Part shown: one piece after another, positions 10,015-23,722 of the stretch | How positions within the stretch are numbered: the first letter of the stretch is position 1 | Layout: each line of letters begins with the position of its first letter | Source of the DNA: an uncultured bacterium | Lineage (GTDB): Bacteria > Chloroflexota > UBA5177 > JANWHV01 | Length of the DNA: 64,000 nucleotides | Direction of reading: 5' to 3' | NCBI GenBank assembly: GCA_963729625.1 | Contig: CAVSOU010000007.1 | Coordinates: forward strand, 224,001 to 288,000 | Program-made: the position numbers and the translations under genes | The notes under the pieces: model-generated | Seen by the model: the letters and a program-made list of their open reading frames with translations, nothing else | Database searches by the model: none | Told to the model about the DNA's origin: nothing

Positions 10015-11016
10015 TCAGCCAGACTGCGGCCGGTTCGGCAGCGCGGTGCCGATCAGCTCGCCTACGTTCTGCACGCCATGAGCCGACATCCAGGCTGCCA
10101 CACCGACCACCAAGCGTTCGGTGGCGACCGGATCGGCGAACGACGCGGTACCGACCTGAACGGCGGAGGCACCGGCCATCAAGAACTCGATCACGTCATC
10201 AACTGTTATGACACCGCCCGCGCCCACGATTGGGATGTGCACTATCTGGGCAACCTGGTACACGCAGCGCACTGCAATCGGTCGAATCGCCGGGCCGGAG
10301 AGCCCGCCTGTGATGTTGCCCAGGTACGGCCTGCGTCGCGCAACGTCGATTCGCATGCCCAAGACCGTGTTGATGAGCGTCAGAGCATCCGCGCCGGCGT
10401 CCTCCACAGCCAACGCGATTGGCCGGATATCGGTCACGTTTGGCGTGAGCTTCACCAGCAGAGGCAGTGAGCACGCCGCGCGCACTTCCCGCGTGACTTC
10501 AGCCGCGAGATCGGGGTCCGAACCAAAAAGCATACCGCCGGCAGACACGTTCGGACAGGAAACGTTCAATTCGAGCGCGGCAATGCCGGGAACATCGTCG
10601 AGGGTCTCCGCGACTGCCACGTAGTCGTCCACAGACTCACCGGCCACATTCACAATGACCGGTACTCGCCACTTTGCCCATATTGGCGCCTTTTCGCGTG
10701 CCACCGCGGCGACACCGGGATTCTGAAGACCCACGGCGTTCAGCATTCCCGCCGGCGTTTCGCAAACGCGGGGTGGGGGAGCACCCCGCCTGGGACGAAT
10801 CGTCGTGCCTTTCGTGAAGATGGCGCCCAGTCGCTCCACGTCCATCAGGCGCGCATACTCGATGCCGTAGCCAAACGTGCCGGCAGCAGCGGCGATCACG
10901 TTCTGCAAGACGAGTCCGGAGGGATGCGACGGCGCCAGATCCACGGCAAGGCCCAAAGCGTGCTGTCGTATTCGGGATGCGACGTCTTGCGATGCAGCAG
11001 CGTCGCCTGTCGTCAC
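10015..11016 (-). CDS. pyrD: Dihydroorotate dehydrogenase, family 1B catalytic subunit
   Basis: 'AAGTFGYG', 'GMLNAVGLQNPG', 'ELNVSCPN', 'VKLTPN', 'GGLSGPAIRP'. Likely GTG start at 11016. Confidence 0.95.
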   Translation of the reverse strand: MTTGDAAASQDVASRIRQHALGLAVDLAPSHPSGLVLQNVIAAAAGTFGYGIEYARLMDVERLGAIFTKGTTIRPRRGAPPPRVCETPAGMLNAVGLQNPGVAAVAREKAPIWAKWRVPVIVNVAGESVDDYVAVAETLDDVPGIAALELNVSCPNVSAGGMLFGSDPDLAAEVTREVRAACSLPLLVKLTPNVTDIRPIALAVEDAGADALTLINTVLGMRIDVARRRPYLGNITGGLSGPAIRPIAVRCVYQVAQIVHIPIVGAGGVITVDDVIEFLMAGASAVQVGTASFADPVATERLVVGVAAWMSAHGVQNVGELIGTALPNRPQSG

Positions 11017-11032
11017 CGGAACTGAACCGCCC

Positions 11033-11332
11033 TCATCGCCCATAGAGGCGTTTGCGCCGCGAGCGCGCCCAAAATACGAGCGCCGCGATGACCAGGAGAG
11101 GCAGGGCAAGTGCGAGCACGAATCGGACTATCTCTCCGACAACAAGAACGACAATCAGCGCCGCTACGGTATACGCAAGCACACGAATGCCTGGTTCCCC
11201 AACCAGGTCGATGACCCCCCGTGGACGCGCGGGCTCGACCGAGTACCCACGGGCGCCGGGCAGAATCGCTCCACAGGCAGCACACCAGGCGTCTTCATCC
11301 CGTGTAGCGGCACCACAATGCGGGCAAAACAT
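11033..11332 (-). CDS. Small zinc-ribbon membrane protein
   Basis: 'MFCPHCG..WCAACG' followed by two hydrophobic helices. RBS GAGGTG upstream. Confidence 0.75.
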   Translation of the reverse strand: MFCPHCGAATRDEDAWCAACGAILPGARGYSVEPARPRGVIDLVGEPGIRVLAYTVAALIVVLVVGEIVRFVLALALPLLVIAALVFWARSRRKRLYGR

Positions 11333-11387
11333 CCGACACCTCTCTTCCTTGGGTCTCTGCAATTCTACCCCAAGAAGTGGCGATCGG

Positions 11388-12494
11388 CTACGTTGGCTCG
11401 CGAACTCCGAGCACGCTGAATCCTGGGGACCAGCCTTCACGACCCTTTGTGCGGAGCGTGCCGATGGACTGCACGTCGAAGAACTCCGCGATTGCTTCAT
11501 ACGTTTGCTGCGTCACCAGTATCTGCCCGGGCCCTGCATTTTGTTCAAAGCGAGCCGCAAGATTGACGGCGTCCCCGACGGCCGTATAGTCCATTCGCTG
11601 CTCGGAGCCAATGTGGCCCACGACGACGTCTCCGCTATTGATGCCGATACCCATCCGCAAGGCGACATCTTGAAAGCCGTCAATCCGCACCCGGCCCACG
11701 AGACTCTGCATCGTGAGACCGGCGAGCACGGCGCGTTTCGCATGGTCGGAGTAGGCGATCGGCGCGCCAAATAGGGCCATGACGCCATCGCCCAGGATCT
11801 GATTTACCGTGCCGCCATGCAGGTAGACGGCCGAGATTATCTCGCCAAGATACGCGTTGAGCACCTTCATCGCCTCCTGCGGCGGAAGCTCCTCCGCAAG
11901 ACTCGTGTAGCCACGCAGATCCCCAAACAGGATTGAGACTGTCCTGCGCTCGCCACCCGGCCGCAGATACCGATCCGGGTCCCTCAGTATTTGGTCTGCT
12001 ACTCCGGGAGACACTGCTCGCTGCAACGCGTCGAGCAACAGGTCGTTCCGCTGCTCCAGCTGATCTCGGAGCGCTTTGAGCCTGAGAAGCGACCGCGCGC
12101 GAGCGCGCACCTCCACCTCATTGAATGGCTTTGAGATGAAGTCGTCGGCCCCGGCCTCGATGCCCTCCACGCGATCGGCCGTATCGGTGAGCGCGGTTAC
12201 CAGGATGACGGGGAGAGCCTGCGTCTTGGGATTCCGTCGCAGGGCGCGGCACACGTCGAATCCCGACATCCCCGGCATCATCACGTCGAGGATAACGAGG
12301 TCAATTGCCGTCTCGTCAAGCACGCGCAGTGCATCCGATCCGTTGGTCGCGACCGTCGTCTGGTAGCCTTCAGATCTGAGCACGATCTGCATGAGCCGCG
12401 CGTTCCTCTGCTCGTCGTCGACCACCATGACGTGCGGGACACGCGGCGTATCGCAACCGTCAGCTTGGCCGTCTAGCACGACTTCCCCAGGCAT
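11388..12494 (-). CDS. Response regulator fused to a class III nucleotidyl (adenylate/guanylate) cyclase
   Basis: REC domain ('VVDDE','LDVMMP','KPF'), then 'LFGDLRGYT', 'GDGVMALFGAP' and 'YTAVGDAVNLAAR'. Confidence 0.92.
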   Translation of the reverse strand: MPGEVVLDGQADGCDTPRVPHVMVVDDEQRNARLMQIVLRSEGYQTTVATNGSDALRVLDETAIDLVILDVMMPGMSGFDVCRALRRNPKTQALPVILVTALTDTADRVEGIEAGADDFISKPFNEVEVRARARSLLRLKALRDQLEQRNDLLLDALQRAVSPGVADQILRDPDRYLRPGGERRTVSILFGDLRGYTSLAEELPPQEAMKVLNAYLGEIISAVYLHGGTVNQILGDGVMALFGAPIAYSDHAKRAVLAGLTMQSLVGRVRIDGFQDVALRMGIGINSGDVVVGHIGSEQRMDYTAVGDAVNLAARFEQNAGPGQILVTQQTYEAIAEFFDVQSIGTLRTKGREGWSPGFSVLGVREPT

Positions 12495-12859
12495 CTCTCA
12501 ATCACCCTGATTAACTCGGCGTCATCAATCGGCTTGCTCAGGTATGCGTCACAACCGGCTGAAAGAACGCGCTCCGCGTCGCCAATCATCGCGTACGCCG
12601 TGGTGGCGACGAGTGGAATTGCTCGAGTCTGCGCATCGCTTTTGAGCATGGCGGCCAGCGTAAACCCATCGAGGCCAGGGAGCTGCATGTCGAGCAAGAT
12701 GAGTGCCGGTAGGCACTCTCGCAGCTTGCTCAGCGCTTCGTAGCCGCTGCCGGCTTCCTCCACGATATAGCCCTGCGTGCGCAGGATCAGCCGCACGAGC
12801 CGCATGTTAACCGGGTTGTCTTCTATAACCAGGATGCGGGGCCGTGTTGCCTGTGGCAT
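12473..12859 (-). CDS. Single-domain response regulator (DivK-like)
   Basis: 'IEDNPVN','LDMQLPGLDG','AGCDAYLSKPI'. ATG at 12859; 3' end overlaps the cyclase start. Confidence 0.9.
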   Translation of the reverse strand: MPQATRPRILVIEDNPVNMRLVRLILRTQGYIVEEAGSGYEALSKLRECLPALILLDMQLPGLDGFTLAAMLKSDAQTRAIPLVATTAYAMIGDAERVLSAGCDAYLSKPIDDAELIRVIERCLGKSC

Positions 12860-12995
12860 CGCTTCACACCGTTCACTGCTGGGTCGTTCGGCCCAAGCGC
12901 ACACTCTTCTCCGAACAGTGTACGCGACGAGAGCCCATTCCCGCTCATAGCGGTGGTCGGACCCGCACCCCAACAGCAGGCAGACAGGTCGACCC

Positions 12996-13976
12996 TTAAT
13001 GCACGGGACGCAAATGGGAAGGATCGCTGCCAGCCTGGTGTGCTGACCCTTGGCGGATACCCGTCTCCGTCTCGACACCGCGACCCTGAACGACCAGAAG
13101 CGGAACCTCGACATGGCGCAGTAAGTCGAGCGCCACGCTGCCGTAGAGCACCTTGTCGAGGCCCTGACGCCCGTGCGTGGCAACGACGATCAAGTCGACA
13201 TTGTCCCCCGCAGTAACGTCGAGGATCTCGGCGCATGGGCTGCCAACCGGGACTACGCTGTGCCACACTCTTCCGGCAAGGCGCGCGCTTCCCACTTTAT
13301 CGAGGTACAAGCTGGCCTCATGTACGTAGCGGTCTGTTTCGCGCCCGGTATCGTCGTGGAGCGGCACCGACATCTCACCGGCGAATCCCGGCATCGAAAG
13401 TGGCGCGTGCCGAGGCACGACGCGGATCAACTCGATTTCCGCGTTCTTGGCCACCGATTCACGCTCCAGCACGTCGAGGGATATCTCAGACAGGCGTGAT
13501 CCGTCGAGCGCGACGAGAACTCTTGCGAACCCTGAATCATCGGAACCCTGGCGGGACTGTTTGCCAGCCCTCGTCAGCACGACGGGCGTATCGCACTTTC
13601 GCAGGACTGCCTCGGCGACCGAACCGAGAAGTGCATGGCTCAGCCCTGTGCGCCCATGCGTGCTCATGCTGATGAGCCCGGCGCTTTGCGACTCAGCGGC
13701 AAATAGTATGCCTCGCACCGGGTCACACGGCAGAACATCGCTGACTACGTCGAAGCCACGACTATGGAGATCGAGCTCAAGCGCGGCAAGATAGTCCTTC
13801 GCCTCGTGCAGGGTGCGACGCTCCTCTGCATAGGTGCTTCGATCGCCTGCGAAGAACATCGTCGTCCGAAGCAGGTAGATCGTCGCGCCTGAATCGCGTG
13901 CCAGCTTGCACGCCGACCGAAGGCCGGATTCGGCTGCGGGTGAGCCATCAAGAGGCACCAAGATTTTGTTTTTCAT
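12996..13976 (-). CDS. Universal stress protein, two Usp domains
   Basis: 'KILVPLDGS..STHGRTG..LGSVAE' and 'RVLVALDGS..ATHGRQG..YGSVA'. Confidence 0.92.
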   Translation of the reverse strand: MKNKILVPLDGSPAAESGLRSACKLARDSGATIYLLRTTMFFAGDRSTYAEERRTLHEAKDYLAALELDLHSRGFDVVSDVLPCDPVRGILFAAESQSAGLISMSTHGRTGLSHALLGSVAEAVLRKCDTPVVLTRAGKQSRQGSDDSGFARVLVALDGSRLSEISLDVLERESVAKNAEIELIRVVPRHAPLSMPGFAGEMSVPLHDDTGRETDRYVHEASLYLDKVGSARLAGRVWHSVVPVGSPCAEILDVTAGDNVDLIVVATHGRQGLDKVLYGSVALDLLRHVEVPLLVVQGRGVETETGIRQGSAHQAGSDPSHLRPVH

Positions 13977-14181
13977 GGCAGCCTTCCCCCAAGTCAGCGC
14001 TGGGAGCGAGTCGGAACAATCAACCAACTTCACCATACCGCCGCAAGACGGCACCCGAATATGGCCTGATGTCCTCATGAAGGTGGGACAATCGGCACCG
14101 ACGGCGTGGCCATATCGCGACCTCAAGCAGGGTCACGTGGGGTGACGGCATCCGCTGCGCAGGCCTTATCGGGCTCCGGGA

Positions 14182-17493
<3,312 letters not shown>

Positions 17494-17740
17494 TGCGTCT
17501 CGTCCCAGTCATGTGACTTTGAGACAACTATAGGGTCTCTCATCGCTGCGAAGCAAGCACTCCATGGTACAGTCGGATGCCGAACGCGCCCATCCTGGCA
17601 ACTCGATCGTAGCACGCGGGGCCGTTTGCATAATGTTCTGGTTGCACGAGTTGCAGGGCAGAAGGTAACCTCAGCTTTGCGGGAACCCAGTTCTTGGGGG
17701 CGCGCCGGGTCCAACTAGGGATTCTGGACGGGAGCGGCTC

Positions 17741-19009
17741 GTGCGTCAACGTGGCGCGGTCGCCTATGCTGCCCGCGCCTTGCACGGGTACTTCGCGATC
17801 AATCTACCAGTCAGCGCTGCGGTCCAGCGTGACTTCCGCCTCGACCTGACGGGCGCTGTTCTGTATGGCCTGTTCAACGGGAGCGCGGTCGGCTATATCT
17901 ATGTCGTCGCGCGGACGATCGGCGTCAGCCAGACCGGCATCAGCGTACTGATGGCGATGGGCGCGGTTGGCGCCATTCTCTCGCTGCCTGTCTCACTCAT
18001 CCCGAGAGGCGGCAACGGTGGCCGCGCCCTCATGTTTGCTGCGTGGTCGGTAGGCCGAGCGGTGCTTGTCCTGCTGCTGTTCTTTAGCTCACCGGCGCCC
18101 TACATGCTCTTCGCATCGATCTTCTTGATCAGCAGCAGCATCGCCATGCCGTTCTACGCGGAGATTCTGCAGCACATTTACCCCCGCGAGTTTCGTGGCC
18201 AGCTCATGAGTCTGGTTCGAGTGGGCAGTGGCGCCGCGACGACGATCGCATCGCTCGCCACGGCGTGGCTGCTCGGATCGAGGCATGTCGCCTTTCAAGC
18301 GGTCTTTGCCGGCGGCGCGCTCTTGGCCGTAATGTCCGTCTATACATTCTCGAAGGTCACGCCTGTGCGACCGCCGCCGCGCCCCAGACCTTCGCTTGGC
18401 GACACATTCGGTATTCTGCGGCGCAATACAGCCTTTGCCGGATATCAAATGTGGGTGTTCCTTATGGGTGCCGGAAACATCATGACTGCCACGCTGTACC
18501 CTCTGGTGATAGTCGACAAGCTGCATGCCGGCTACGGCCCGTTCGGCGTGCTTACTGTCATCACGGCGATGGGCTACCTATCCTCTTTCTTTGTATGGGG
18601 GCGCATAGTCGACCGGAAGGGGCCGGTTTTCACCATCATGCTTGTCGGGATGTGCCTTCTTACCACGCCGGTGGGCATGCTTACGGTACCCGGAGTGTAC
18701 TGGCTGGCGCCCTTCATGTTCGTCAACGGCATTGCGAATGCCGGTTTCGAGATTGGGCCTTTCTCGGCCGTGATGCATTACAGCCTGAGCTCTCCCCGGG
18801 ACGTACCGCGCTATATGGCGCTGCACTCCATCTTCTCAGGCCTGCGAGGACTGGTCTTCCCATTCGTCGCCACGCTTGTCCTGGCCGGGCACCACTATTC
18901 GCTTGCGCTCTCAACTGCATTCTCGATCTCCATTGCCGGCACCTTCATGCTGTGGAGGCTCGCGCGCCGAGAAGCGGCGATAGCGCGCCTTCCGAACCGG
19001 GTAATATAG
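17741..19009 (+). CDS. MFS transporter
   Basis: About 12 TM helices, 'IYPREFRG' and 'WGRIVDRKG' MFS motifs. Confidence 0.88.
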   Translation: MRQRGAVAYAARALHGYFAINLPVSAAVQRDFRLDLTGAVLYGLFNGSAVGYIYVVARTIGVSQTGISVLMAMGAVGAILSLPVSLIPRGGNGGRALMFAAWSVGRAVLVLLLFFSSPAPYMLFASIFLISSSIAMPFYAEILQHIYPREFRGQLMSLVRVGSGAATTIASLATAWLLGSRHVAFQAVFAGGALLAVMSVYTFSKVTPVRPPPRPRPSLGDTFGILRRNTAFAGYQMWVFLMGAGNIMTATLYPLVIVDKLHAGYGPFGVLTVITAMGYLSSFFVWGRIVDRKGPVFTIMLVGMCLLTTPVGMLTVPGVYWLAPFMFVNGIANAGFEIGPFSAVMHYSLSSPRDVPRYMALHSIFSGLRGLVFPFVATLVLAGHHYSLALSTAFSISIAGTFMLWRLARREAAIARLPNRVI

Positions 19010-19212
19010 AGAGAGACGCCGGGACTGCCGCGCTTTTGGCGAGAGTCACCGTGCCGGGCGAGCAATGAGTGACGCGTTCCGCGCTTCTCCGGCAGGAAGC
19101 GGTACCTCTGGTTCTACCGCTGTAATCGAGGACGGAGTATGATTGCTTCGGTAGAACCCGCTAGCATTCGTGGTCGCCGCCATCGTCGCAGCGCCATACA
19201 CTGGAGCACCGC

Positions 19213-20163
19213 GTGAAGATATTCTGCCCGTTTTGTGGCATCGCCAATGCACCTGAATTGTCGACCTGCCGGGCGTGCGGAACCGCGTTACCCGAGTCAT
19301 TGGATGCCGCTACGTTCGGGATGCCCAATCGCTCCAAACCGCATGACGCGCAGGCGTTCGGCACCATCGCACCGTACGATACACAAGAGTCCGCGACGGC
19401 GACTGGCGGCTATCCGACTCCCGTGCAACCGGAGATGGCATCCCGAGGGGCTTCCTCTTATCCGTCAGGATATCCAGACCTACCGGCGCAGGTTCCCTAT
19501 GGCTACCAGCCCCAGCCTGTGCACGGCCAGACGGGCATGCCTGCTCCAGGCGCTCAGCCCGGAGGCTTGGCGCCAGTCGGGCCATTCAATGGAGCATACC
19601 CGGCCCACTACGTGCCGTCGCCACCCGGAAACGTGTATCTTCCTGGCGATCCCCGCGCGTATCGGCAGGCGTCGCCGGGCCCCTACAGCGTGGGGAGAAG
19701 CTCTGGCGGTCACCAACCGGCGCTTTTCACGCCGGCGCCCGCTTATCTCCAGAACGGTCAGCTCGAGCTCGCGGACTCCGGCACCAGGCTCGGAGCCTTT
19801 ATGCTTGACGCGATGGCGTTGACGGTCCCGTGGTTCGTCCTGACGGGCCTTGCGGCTGCGACGGCTTCGACGTTGCTGACGGCGATGTCGCTTATGGTGA
19901 TGTTCTTTGGGCCTGCTCTCTATTTCATCGCATGCTGGGCCAGCGGTGGCCAGACGCTCGGCTACCGCGCCCTGGGGCTGAAGCTCGTTCGTACCGACGG
20001 CTCTCAGCCGGGAGTGGGATCGGCCATTGCTCGCTGCCTGGGAATCATGATTTGTCTATTCATGCTGGTTCCTGGCGCCCTGGGCCTCCTCTGGATGCTG
20101 TGGGACGATCGCAGGCAGGCGTTGCACGACAAGATGGCCGATACGCTGGTTGTGAAGACGTGA
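19213..20163 (+). CDS. RDD-family membrane protein with N-terminal zinc ribbon and Pro-rich linker
   Basis: 'FCPFCG..CRACG'; RDD motifs 'RLGAFMLD','GQTLG','RQALHDKMADTLVV'. Confidence 0.9.
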   Translation: MKIFCPFCGIANAPELSTCRACGTALPESLDAATFGMPNRSKPHDAQAFGTIAPYDTQESATATGGYPTPVQPEMASRGASSYPSGYPDLPAQVPYGYQPQPVHGQTGMPAPGAQPGGLAPVGPFNGAYPAHYVPSPPGNVYLPGDPRAYRQASPGPYSVGRSSGGHQPALFTPAPAYLQNGQLELADSGTRLGAFMLDAMALTVPWFVLTGLAAATASTLLTAMSLMVMFFGPALYFIACWASGGQTLGYRALGLKLVRTDGSQPGVGSAIARCLGIMICLFMLVPGALGLLWMLWDDRRQALHDKMADTLVVKT

Positions 20164-20674
20164 CAGTCTTTCGCCACGCCGGCGCTTCCCATACCCGGTC
20201 GCGACGGCCGAACTCCGCGCAATAGCCCCGGGCTCGGTCGCCGTCAGGCCGCGAGTTGTCCCGGTCCGTTTGACTACCAGCTCACCTCGGTTGTGCTGTC
20301 GAGCGCGGTCGCCACACTCCAGACAACTCTGCTGCCCACCGCGCGCGTTACCCTGTCGATGGTGCGCAAGAAGGTCTTTCCAGAGTTCTTTGCAGCGATC
20401 AGCCCCGCTAGGATTCAGTCGCCACGGATCGGCACGCTGTTCCTGGACAGGCTCGCGGTCATTGGCCTCGCCGTGGGCGGGCGGGCGCCGAGCGTCAAAA
20501 CCTTCCTCGTGAACAGCGTGTCGCAGGTCGGACACGGCGTACGAGTTGGGAGCGCGGGGACGGCCAGCACGAGCCTGCGAATCTGGTGCAGTCAGTACTG
20601 GTCGGGAGACAGCATTTCACCGTTTCGTGTGCCACGACGTGGTTGGAAATGGGCGTTCGCGCACGTGCGGTGAT

Positions 20675-20704
20675 TTGACTGTCGACTCCGGCTAACCCTA
20701 TGAT
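20675..20704 (+). promoter_or_regulatory. Sigma70 promoter for the ANTAR regulator
   Basis: TTGACT-18bp-TATGAT; AAGGAGG RBS at 20716-20722. Confidence 0.6.
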
Positions 20705-20727
20705 TCTGTGTAAGAAAGGAGGTGAGT

Positions 20728-21318
20728 ATGCCCAACTCGGCAACGCGAATCGTGATCGCGGACGACGAGCCGCTTATCCGAATTGACTTGCGCGAGAACC
20801 TGGAAGGCCTTGGCTACGAGGTCGTGGGAGAGGCGGCGGACGGCAAACATGCCGTGGAACTTGCGCGGAAGCTTCGCCCCGACATCGTGATCATGGACAT
20901 CAAGATGCCGGAAATGAGCGGCATCGAAGCACTTCGCGTGCTCACGGAAGAGAACGTCGCCCCGGTGTTGTTGCTGACAGCGTACGGCGAAGGAGATCTT
21001 GTGCAGCAGGCGAGCGACGCTGGAGCAGTCGCGTACCTGGTCAAGCCATACCGGCAGTCGGATCTCCAGCCACATATCGAAGTTGCACTCGCACGATTTA
21101 GCGAGTTGCGAACGCTGCGGACCGAGTTGGAAGATGTTAGGGAAGCCCTGAGCGTGCGAAAGCTCGTTGAGCGGGCCAAAGGCCTGCTTATGGAAACGCA
21201 AGGCCTCAAGGAAGCAGAAGCGTTTCGGCGCATCCAGAAGCTGAGCATGGACACGCGAAAGTCCATGAAGGAAGTGGCCGAAGCCATCTTGCTTGCCCAT
21301 CAGGCAACGAAGTCCTGA
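20728..21318 (+). CDS. REC-ANTAR response regulator (PdtaR/EutV/NasT-like RNA-binding regulator)
   Basis: REC ('IADDE','MDIKMP','YLVKP'), coiled coil, ANTAR 'RKLVERAKGLLM..EAEAFRRIQKLSMDTRKSMKEVAEAI'. Confidence 0.95.
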   Translation: MPNSATRIVIADDEPLIRIDLRENLEGLGYEVVGEAADGKHAVELARKLRPDIVIMDIKMPEMSGIEALRVLTEENVAPVLLLTAYGEGDLVQQASDAGAVAYLVKPYRQSDLQPHIEVALARFSELRTLRTELEDVREALSVRKLVERAKGLLMETQGLKEAEAFRRIQKLSMDTRKSMKEVAEAILLAHQATKS

Positions 21319-21450
21319 GATCCGGCGGGCCTGCCCGGCCCCCTGGCGCCGCCCGGTCCCTTGGGCTGCGACCGAACCGTCTATTTCGTGGGGCGTGCTG
21401 CCGGTGGTAGCAAGACGCCCAGATCCGCAGAGTCGCGCAGAGTAGCGCGC

Positions 21451-21531
21451 CCTCCGCCAACGCAGGCAAATCCACGACGAGCAATGTTGCCCAGTGTTTT
21501 GATTTGCGCAGTAATTGGTGGAGGAGACTGA
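21451..21531 (+). promoter_or_regulatory. Putative ANTAR target RNA (twin hexaloop hairpins) with competing anti-SD helix in the glnA leader
   Basis: GCC-AACGCA-GGC (21456-21467) and GC-AATGTT-GC (21481-21490), both loops A1/G4. CCTCCGCCAA (21451-21460) is complementary to TTGGTGGAGG (21515-21524), which covers the SD. Confidence 0.65.
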
Positions 21532-22962
21532 ATGACACCCAGCGAAGTGCTGAAATACGCAGAGGATAACGGCGTACGATTCGTGGACTTCAAGTTCACT
21601 GATCTGCCGGGCACGTGGCAGCACTTTACAACCCCGCTCAGCGAGCTTGAGGTATCGACGTTTACCGAAGGCCTTGGCTTTGACGGGTCAAGCATCCGAG
21701 GTTTTCAGGAGATCAATGAGAGCGACATGCTCGTGGTCCCGGACGCCTCAACCGCCCACCTCGATCCGTTCACGGCCGTACCCACCCTGAGTCTCATCTG
21801 CGATATCGCCGATCCGCTCAACAAAGAACCGTATTCGCGCGACCCACGCTTCATCGCGAAGAAAGCCGAGGCTGTTGTCAAGAAACTCGGCTTCGCCGAC
21901 GCCGCGTACTTCGGTCCTGAAGCCGAGTTCTTCATCTTCGACGACGTGCGGTATTCAACCGCACCCGACTATTCGTTCTTCGCGGTCGATGCCGAGGAGT
22001 CTCACTGGAACTCAGCACGTGACGAAGGACCCAATCTCTCCAACAAGATTCGTCCGAAGGAAGGCTACTTCCCTGTTGCGCCACAGGACAAGCTGAATGA
22101 CGTTCGAGGCGACATGGTACTCACCATGATGGACTCGTTCGGAATCAACATCGAAACGCACCATCACGAGGTTGCGGCTGCTGGTCAGGCCGAGATCGAC
22201 ATGCGCTTCGACACGCTGCTCAAGATGGCTGACAATCTTATGACCTACAAGTACGTGGTGAAGAATGTCGCGAAACGCCACGGCAAGGTCGCCACATTCA
22301 TGCCGAAGCCGCTGTATGGCGACAACGGCTCGGGTATGCATGTGCACCAGAGCCTGTGGAAGGATGGGAAACCGCTATTCTCCGATCCCGCTGGTTACGC
22401 AGGGCTGAGCCAGATTGCGCTCCAGTACATCGGCGGACTCTTGTTGCACGCGCCGGCGATACTGGCGTTTGCCGCTCCCACCACGAACTCGTATCGCAGG
22501 CTTGTGCCGGGCTTTGAAGCACCGGTGAATCTCGTATTCTCCGCGCGGAACCGCAGCGCTGCCGTGCGCATTCCGATGTACTCCAACAATCCCAAGGCGA
22601 AGCGCATTGAGTTCCGGCCCCCGGATCCTGCCGCGAACCCATACCTCACATTTGCCGCTCTCCTGTGTGCGGGTGTCGACGGCATTCGGAAAGGTATCGA
22701 TCCGACAAAAGCGGGTTTTGGCCCGCTGGATCGGAACATCTACGAACTCTCCCCAGAGGAATACGAGGGCATCCGCTCGGTGCCAGGCAGTCTTGACGAC
22801 GCGCTCGCGGCGCTTGAGGCCGATCACGAATTCCTTCTCGTGGACGGCGTGTTTACGCAGGACGTCATCGACACCTGGGTGAACTACAAGCGGACAGCGG
22901 AAGCGGACGAAGTTCGGTTGCGGCCCACACCACACGAGTACTACCTGTACTTCGACGTCTGA
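21532..22962 (+). CDS. glnA: Glutamine synthetase type I
   Basis: 'FDGSSIRGF','HHHEVA','[19 protein letters not shown]','[10 protein letters not shown]', adenylylation-site region 'NIYEL'. Confidence 0.98.
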   Translation: MTPSEVLKYAEDNGVRFVDFKFTDLPGTWQHFTTPLSELEVSTFTEGLGFDGSSIRGFQEINESDMLVVPDASTAHLDPFTAVPTLSLICDIADPLNKEPYSRDPRFIAKKAEAVVKKLGFADAAYFGPEAEFFIFDDVRYSTAPDYSFFAVDAEESHWNSARDEGPNLSNKIRPKEGYFPVAPQDKLNDVRGDMVLTMMDSFGINIETHHHEVAAAGQAEIDMRFDTLLKMADNLMTYKYVVKNVAKRHGKVATFMPKPLYGDNGSGMHVHQSLWKDGKPLFSDPAGYAGLSQIALQYIGGLLLHAPAILAFAAPTTNSYRRLVPGFEAPVNLVFSARNRSAAVRIPMYSNNPKAKRIEFRPPDPAANPYLTFAALLCAGVDGIRKGIDPTKAGFGPLDRNIYELSPEEYEGIRSVPGSLDDALAALEADHEFLLVDGVFTQDVIDTWVNYKRTAEADEVRLRPTPHEYYLYFDV

Positions 22963-23029
22963 TTACTCCATCCAGCGCTGGCGGGAATATCGTCAGTTCC
23001 CGGCAGCCGCCTGGAACCGCGCGTATCAC

Positions 23030-23062
23030 AAATGCCCGCCGCAACTCTTGCGGCGGGCATTT
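23030..23062. terminator. Bidirectional intrinsic terminator between glnA and a convergent gene
   Basis: AAATGCCCGCCGCAA-ctc-TTGCGGCGGGCATTT, 15-bp perfect stem. Confidence 0.8.
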
Positions 23063-23125
23063 CCTGTCGTCGGAGAGTCCCGCGAGCCGGCGCATGGAGT
23101 CCGACACGAGCGTGAAGCACCAGAC

Positions 23126-23722
23126 TTAATGGTCGGTTGCGCGTGCGTCCAGCTCCTGCTGCGAGGGCGTTGACTCGGACTCCGCGGGTCCTGAGCTAGC
23201 CGCCTGTGGAGCCTGGTCGGTGCGGGCAGGACCGGTCCCGCCTTCATCGTGCTTCACTTCGATCCAGTTCTCTTCGCCAAAATCCTCGTCGTCCTCTCCT
23301 CCGCGCTGCGTGAAGTAGGCGACCAACGCACCGACGATCAAGCCGACGAGGACGAATCGCCAGAATCCTCCACCGGATTGCTCTTCCATCGGTGGCTCCT
23401 TGCCTTCCGGCTCGGCATCCGATTTGCTTGCAATCGCCGGAGCGGGCTTTGCGGTCTCCTGGGCGCTCTTGCCGTCCCGTGCCGCCGATGAATTACTGCC
23501 CGCAAAGTGGCCCGCGGCTGCATGTGACGCTGCCACGGTTTCGGCCGAATGTTTGGCTCCCACCACGGCCTGTTCAGCCAGCGTCTTCGCGGTCTCTATC
23601 AACTGCAGCAACGATTGCTGCACCAGTTGTTGAACGGCATCCCTTGTGGCATCGGTGATTTGTTGCGCCGCGTCCTTCACCGTGTCCTTCACCGTCTCCC
23701 GAATCTCTTCTAAGTCTGGCAC
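23126..23722 (-). CDS. Hypothetical single-TM protein
   Basis: GTG after AGAGAGGAAAG. Amphipathic N-terminus, one TM 'FWRFVLVGLIVGALVAYF', acidic tail. Confidence 0.7.
   Translation of the reverse strand: MPDLEEIRETVKDTVKDAAQQITDATRDAVQQLVQQSLLQLIETAKTLAEQAVVGAKHSAETVAASHAAAGHFAGSNSSAARDGKSAQETAKPAPAIASKSDAEPEGKEPPMEEQSGGGFWRFVLVGLIVGALVAYFTQRGGEDDEDFGEENWIEVKHDEGGTGPARTDQAPQAASSGPAESESTPSQQELDARATDH

Noticed and set aside
10015-12494. Cyclase next to pyrD as a Pycsar-like pyrimidine cyclase defence system
   Set aside because: The cyclase is a REC fusion in a two-component run, no cNMP-binding effector is present, and pyrD adjacency alone is not evidence.
20161-20230. Selenocysteine or stop read-through of the RDD TGA into the downstream open frame
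   Set aside because: The RDD domain ends normally at 'TLVVKT', no convincing SECIS hairpin follows, and long open frames are common at this GC content.
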